Positions 60,329 through 64,000 of a stretch of DNA of 64,000 nucleotides are shown here, in pieces. The stretch lies in contig JBHGNT010000014.1 of assembly GCA_043228905.1 (NCBI GenBank), positions 6,882,001 to 6,946,000 of the forward strand, given 5' to 3'. Below the pieces are notes generated by a model that ran no database searches, was not told the origin of the DNA, and saw only the letters and a list, made by a program, of their open reading frames with translations. Source of the DNA: Azolla caroliniana. Its lineage: Eukaryota; Plantae; Polypodiophyta. The translations under genes were made by a program, and so were the position numbers. Numbering within the stretch: the first letter of the stretch is position 1; each line of letters starts with the position of its first letter.

Positions 60329-63300
60329 TGAAAGGAATAGGCCCTTCTAATCTCCTTCACCACTCGGCCACAACCGAGTAAGCGCGAATCGATGGAGCAG
60401 AAAATAGGAACCACAAAGAGAAACAAAACGCGAGTACACAGGGATTAACGTGGAAAACCCTAGACGGGAAAAACCACGGGAGTACGAGACTCCAAACCAA
60501 CACTATACAGAGAAGTATACAATGGCGAGCTGCAAGGCGACGACCTTGAGCTCGCTGTCCTCGCCACAGGCGGCGGAAATACACAGAGGCGTCTACCTCT
60601 TCGTCTCTCGCGCTCTATCTCTCTCTCTCTCTCTCACGGCTGCTTACACTTCACTCCTCTTGAGTGGAAAAACAGAAAAAATGAGAAGCAACAGTAAAAC
60701 TGTTTGCCCTAAGTCATATTTATACTTATATGACTTTGGGCTATTTACAACTGTAGCCACAGGGGCCCATAGCGAACATATTCACGGATATGTCCCTGCA
60801 TCCGGATCGCTCTCCGGGTACATTCGTCATCCGGTACCGAAACCGGGGTCTTCGTCATCCGGTGCCGAAACCGATACCGGGCTTGTCGGCATTCATCTCC
60901 GATATCCGACCATCCCATCCGAAAGGGACCGAAATCCCAACAAACTCCCCCTTCACTTCGGCATGGGATGTCTCTCCAATCCGATCCTCTTCCGGCATGC
61001 TTCTAGCTTGTCGGGTGTGAGCACCTTGGTCAGCATATCCGACCCGTTCTCGTCCGTGTGGATCTTCGTCAGCACGAACTCCTTGTCTTCTATCCTTTCC
61101 CGGATCCAGTGATATCTTCGCTGGATGTGCTTCGTCCGGGAGTGATAGGCCGCGTTCTTTGCAAGGTGGATTGCACTCTGACTGTCGCAGTAGAGTCGGT
61201 ACTCCTCCTGCCGGATACCGAGCTCTCTAATGAAGTCCTTCATCCATATTATTTCCTTGCCGGCTTCAACAGCCGCCATGTACTCCGCCTCCGTGGTTGA
61301 CAGCGCAACCGTCTTCTGCAGCCTCGACTGCCATGAAACAGCTCCCCCTGCATACGTCATCACATACCCTGATGTGGACCGGCTGGTATCTACATCAGCC
61401 GACATATCCGAATCGGTGAAACCGTCGAGTTCGGGCTTTCCGGAGCCGAATCGGAGGCACACATTTGTTGTGCCCTTCAGGTATCGGAGTATCCACTTGG
61501 CCGCGTTCCAATGCTCTTTGCCGGGATTGCTCATGTACCGGCTCACCACTCCGACTGCATATCCTATGTCCGGTCTCGTACACACCATGGCGTACATCAA
61601 GCTCCCGACGGCTGAGGCATACGGCACTTTCATCATATCCTCCTTTTCAGCCTTTGTCTTGGGACTTTGCTTGCTGGACAGCTTGCAGTTTGTCGGGAGG
61701 GTCGATCCGACCGTTCTTGCTTCCGACATGTTGAACCGGTGAAGCACCTTCGTCACGTACTTCTCCTGTGACAGCCACAACTGCTTCTTCTTCCGGTCCC
61801 GGATGATGTGCATCCCTAGTATTTGCCTCGCCGGACCCAGGTCCTTCATTGAGAAGGTTCGGTGAAGAGCCTTCTTCAGCATCCGTATCTTGACCTGGTC
61901 CCGTCCGACGATCAGCATGTCGTCCACGTACAGGAGGAGTATTAGAGAGTCTCCTCCTTCGAACTTCTTCACAAACACGCAGTGGTCGGACTGCGTTTTG
62001 AGGTACCCTTCGTCGGTCATGAAGGAGTCGAACTTCCGGTACCATTGCCGGGGAGCTTGCTTCAGTCCGTAAAGGCTCTTCTTCAACCGGCATACCAGGT
62101 GCTCCTTCCCTTTCTTCTCGAATCCTTCCGGTTGCTGCATGTAGATCTCTTCATCGAGGTCACCGTGAAGGAATGCCGTCTTCACGTCCATCTGTTCTAC
62201 CTCGAGGTCCATGCTTGCCGCTATGCTCAGCACCGTCCGGATAGAGGTCATCTTCACTACCGGGGCAAATATCTCGTCGAAGTCGACGCCCTTCTTCTGC
62301 TGAAACCCCTTCACCACGATCCTGGCTTTGTATCTCGGGGGGTTTTCGGCATCTCCCGGTTTCAGCTTGAACACCCACTTGTTTCGAAGTGCCCGCTTTC
62401 CTTTCGGCAACTCCACAAGTTCATATGTGTGGTTCTCATGCAGGGAATCCATCTCGTCCTGCATGGCACTCAACCACCTGCGGCTCTGGGTGTCATGCTT
62501 TGCTTCTTCAAAGCTCTCCGGCTCCCCCTCGTCGGTTAGCAGCACGTGCTCTGGTTCCGGAAATCTCCGGGGGGCCCTTCTCTCTCTTAGAGGATATCTC
62601 CGTTCGGGAGCTTCGGTAACCGGTTCTTCCGATTCTTCTTCTTCATCCGAATCCATTTCGGGATCGGGGCCGGTTCCGGTATCATTTTCATCTTCTTCAG
62701 CCGGTTCTGTTTCTTCACCGTCTTCGGCCGGATCCTCGAGTGTTAACCGGTCCCTTGCCGGTCGGGACTGCTCCTCGTAGAGTTGATCCTCACCGGTCAA
62801 CTTGGAGCTCTTCATCTTCTTCTCCGACTCCCAGTCGGCGAGTGTCTTGTCCTCCATAAAGACGATATCTCGACTCCTGAATATCTTCTTGTCGACCGGG
62901 TCCCATACTCGGTAGCCGAACTCGTCGTCGCCGTAACCGAGGAATATGCATGGCCGGGTCTTCGGATCTAGCTTTCCTCTCCGGTCCTTTGCCACATGCA
63001 CGTATGCGAGACATCCGAACACCTTCAGATGCCGGTAGGATACTTCCCTACCGGTCCACACTTTCTGCGGCGTGTCTCCGTCCAAAGGTACTGAGGGTGA
63101 TCTGTTTATCACGTATGTCGCCGTCGACATTGCCTCAGCCCAGAACCCCTTGGGTAATTTCGCATGTGCCAGCATACTCCGGACCCTCTCCATTATGGTC
63201 CGGTTCATCCTCTCGGCCAGCCCGTTCAGTTCCGGCGTCTTCGGCACAGTAAACTCGAGTCGGATTCCCTTCGAGCGACAGTACTCCTGGAACTGCCCCC

Positions 63301-64000
63301 GGTATTCCCCTCCGTTATCCGCTCGTATTGCTTTCAGCTTCTTGCCGGATTCTCTTTCCACTCTCGCGTGGAGTTCTTTGAAGACGGACAATACTTGGTC
63401 CTTTGTCTTCAACGGTGCCGTCCACAGCTTCCGGCTGTGATCATCAATGAATGTTACGAAGTACTGGGCTCCGCCATGTGACTTCGTTTCTACCTGACAC
63501 ACATCAGTGTGCACCAACTCCAATGGTGCGCTACGTCTCGTCGGTGGCCTTGAGTGGAAGGAGGTCCGGTTTTGCTTACCGGCCAGGCAGTCGGTGCACT
63601 TCTCCAGGTGCACATGCTTCACTGGAATAAGGTTGTCTTCTGCAAGCCTCTTCATCCCCTTCTCACTCATGTGGCACAGTCTCTTGTGCCACAGCTCACC
63701 GGCAGTGTCGGCTGCCACATTCAGCTCTTCCGGACATAACCGGGCATTCATCAGGTACAGGGTGTTGTCTTTCCGGGCCCGAGCCACTATCAGGCTCCCC
63801 TTGCTGAACTTCATTACGCCGTTCCGGATGCTACCTGTGTAGCCTTCATCGTCTAGCCTCCCGGCCGAAATCAGGTTCAATCGAACCTCCGGAACGTGTC
63901 GGACATCCTTCAGCAGCATTTTGCATCCGGTCGGGGTTGTCAACCACACGTCTCCTATGCCGGCAATCCGGCACGTACCTTCATTCCCCATCCGAACACA
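60329..64000 (-). mobile_element. copia A5, 3' part; runs off window end
   Basis: 3' LTR about 60329-60942, PPT (AACTCCCCCTTC on the plus strand) next to 60943. Confidence 0.9.
60953..64000 (-). CDS. pol: copia pol (PR end-INT-RT-RH), uninterrupted
   Basis: At least 1012 aa open; LWHKRLCH, ADNGGEY, YVDDML, DSDMSAD, RTKHI. Confidence 0.95.
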   Translation of the reverse strand, partial: CVRMGNEGTCRIAGIGDVWLTTPTGCKMLLKDVRHVPEVRLNLISAGRLDDEGYTGSIRNGVMKFSKGSLIVARARKDNTLYLMNARLCPEELNVAADTAGELWHKRLCHMSEKGMKRLAEDNLIPVKHVHLEKCTDCLAGKQNRTSFHSRPPTRRSAPLELVHTDVCQVETKSHGGAQYFVTFIDDHSRKLWTAPLKTKDQVLSVFKELHARVERESGKKLKAIRADNGGEYRGQFQEYCRSKGIRLEFTVPKTPELNGLAERMNRTIMERVRSMLAHAKLPKGFWAEAMSTATYVINRSPSVPLDGDTPQKVWTGREVSYRHLKVFGCLAYVHVAKDRRGKLDPKTRPCIFLGYGDDEFGYRVWDPVDKKIFRSRDIVFMEDKTLADWESEKKMKSSKLTGEDQLYEEQSRPARDRLTLEDPAEDGEETEPAEEDENDTGTGPDPEMDSDEEEESEEPVTEAPERRYPLRERRAPRRFPEPEHVLLTDEGEPESFEEAKHDTQSRRWLSAMQDEMDSLHENHTYELVELPKGKRALRNKWVFKLKPGDAENPPRYKARIVVKGFQQKKGVDFDEIFAPVVKMTSIRTVLSIAASMDLEVEQMDVKTAFLHGDLDEEIYMQQPEGFEKKGKEHLVCRLKKSLYGLKQAPRQWYRKFDSFMTDEGYLKTQSDHCVFVKKFEGGDSLILLLYVDDMLIVGRDQVKIRMLKKALHRTFSMKDLGPARQILGMHIIRDRKKKQLWLSQEKYVTKVLHRFNMSEARTVGSTLPTNCKLSSKQSPKTKAEKEDMMKVPYASAVGSLMYAMVCTRPDIGYAVGVVSRYMSNPGKEHWNAAKWILRYLKGTTNVCLRFGSGKPELDGFTDSDMSADVDTSRSTSGYVMTYAGGAVSWQSRLQKTVALSTTEAEYMAAVEAGKEIIWMKDFIRELGIRQEEYRLYCDSQSAIHLAKNAAYHSRTKHIQRRYHWIRERIEDKEFVLTKIHTDENGSDMLTKVLTPDKLEACRKRIGLERHPMPK

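Overview
This is eukaryotic DNA, almost certainly from a land plant and plausibly a non-seed plant (inference). It is made almost entirely of nested retrotransposons, and I see no intact host gene. By matching LTR termini, primer-binding sites (PBS), polypurine tracts (PPT) and target-site duplications (TSDs), I resolved two nests. The labels are mine. Nest 1: copia B1 (4676-26269) contains gypsy C1 (8717-25695), which contains copia B2 (13941-24916), which contains copia A2 (16126-21609). Nest 2: a gypsy RT remnant D contains copia B3 (35268-60222). B3 contains gypsy E (37827-45049) and copia G (47442-59825), and G contains gypsy C2 (48911-56072). The window also holds further Tnt1/Tork-like copia copies, a solo LTR, a 5'-truncated LINE and PPR-gene debris. 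The most unusual signals are: (i) gypsy E has no PPT but has an inverted tRNA-Arg PBS-like motif at the PPT position, repeated in a related remnant, and its 5' LTR abuts pol directly; (ii) C2 is young and intact, with a tRNA-Trp PBS, a 4-bp TSD and a clear -1 frameshift site plus pseudoknot after the protease; (iii) C1 is a chimera with non-homologous LTRs at one target site. All alignments were done by eye and no searches were run.
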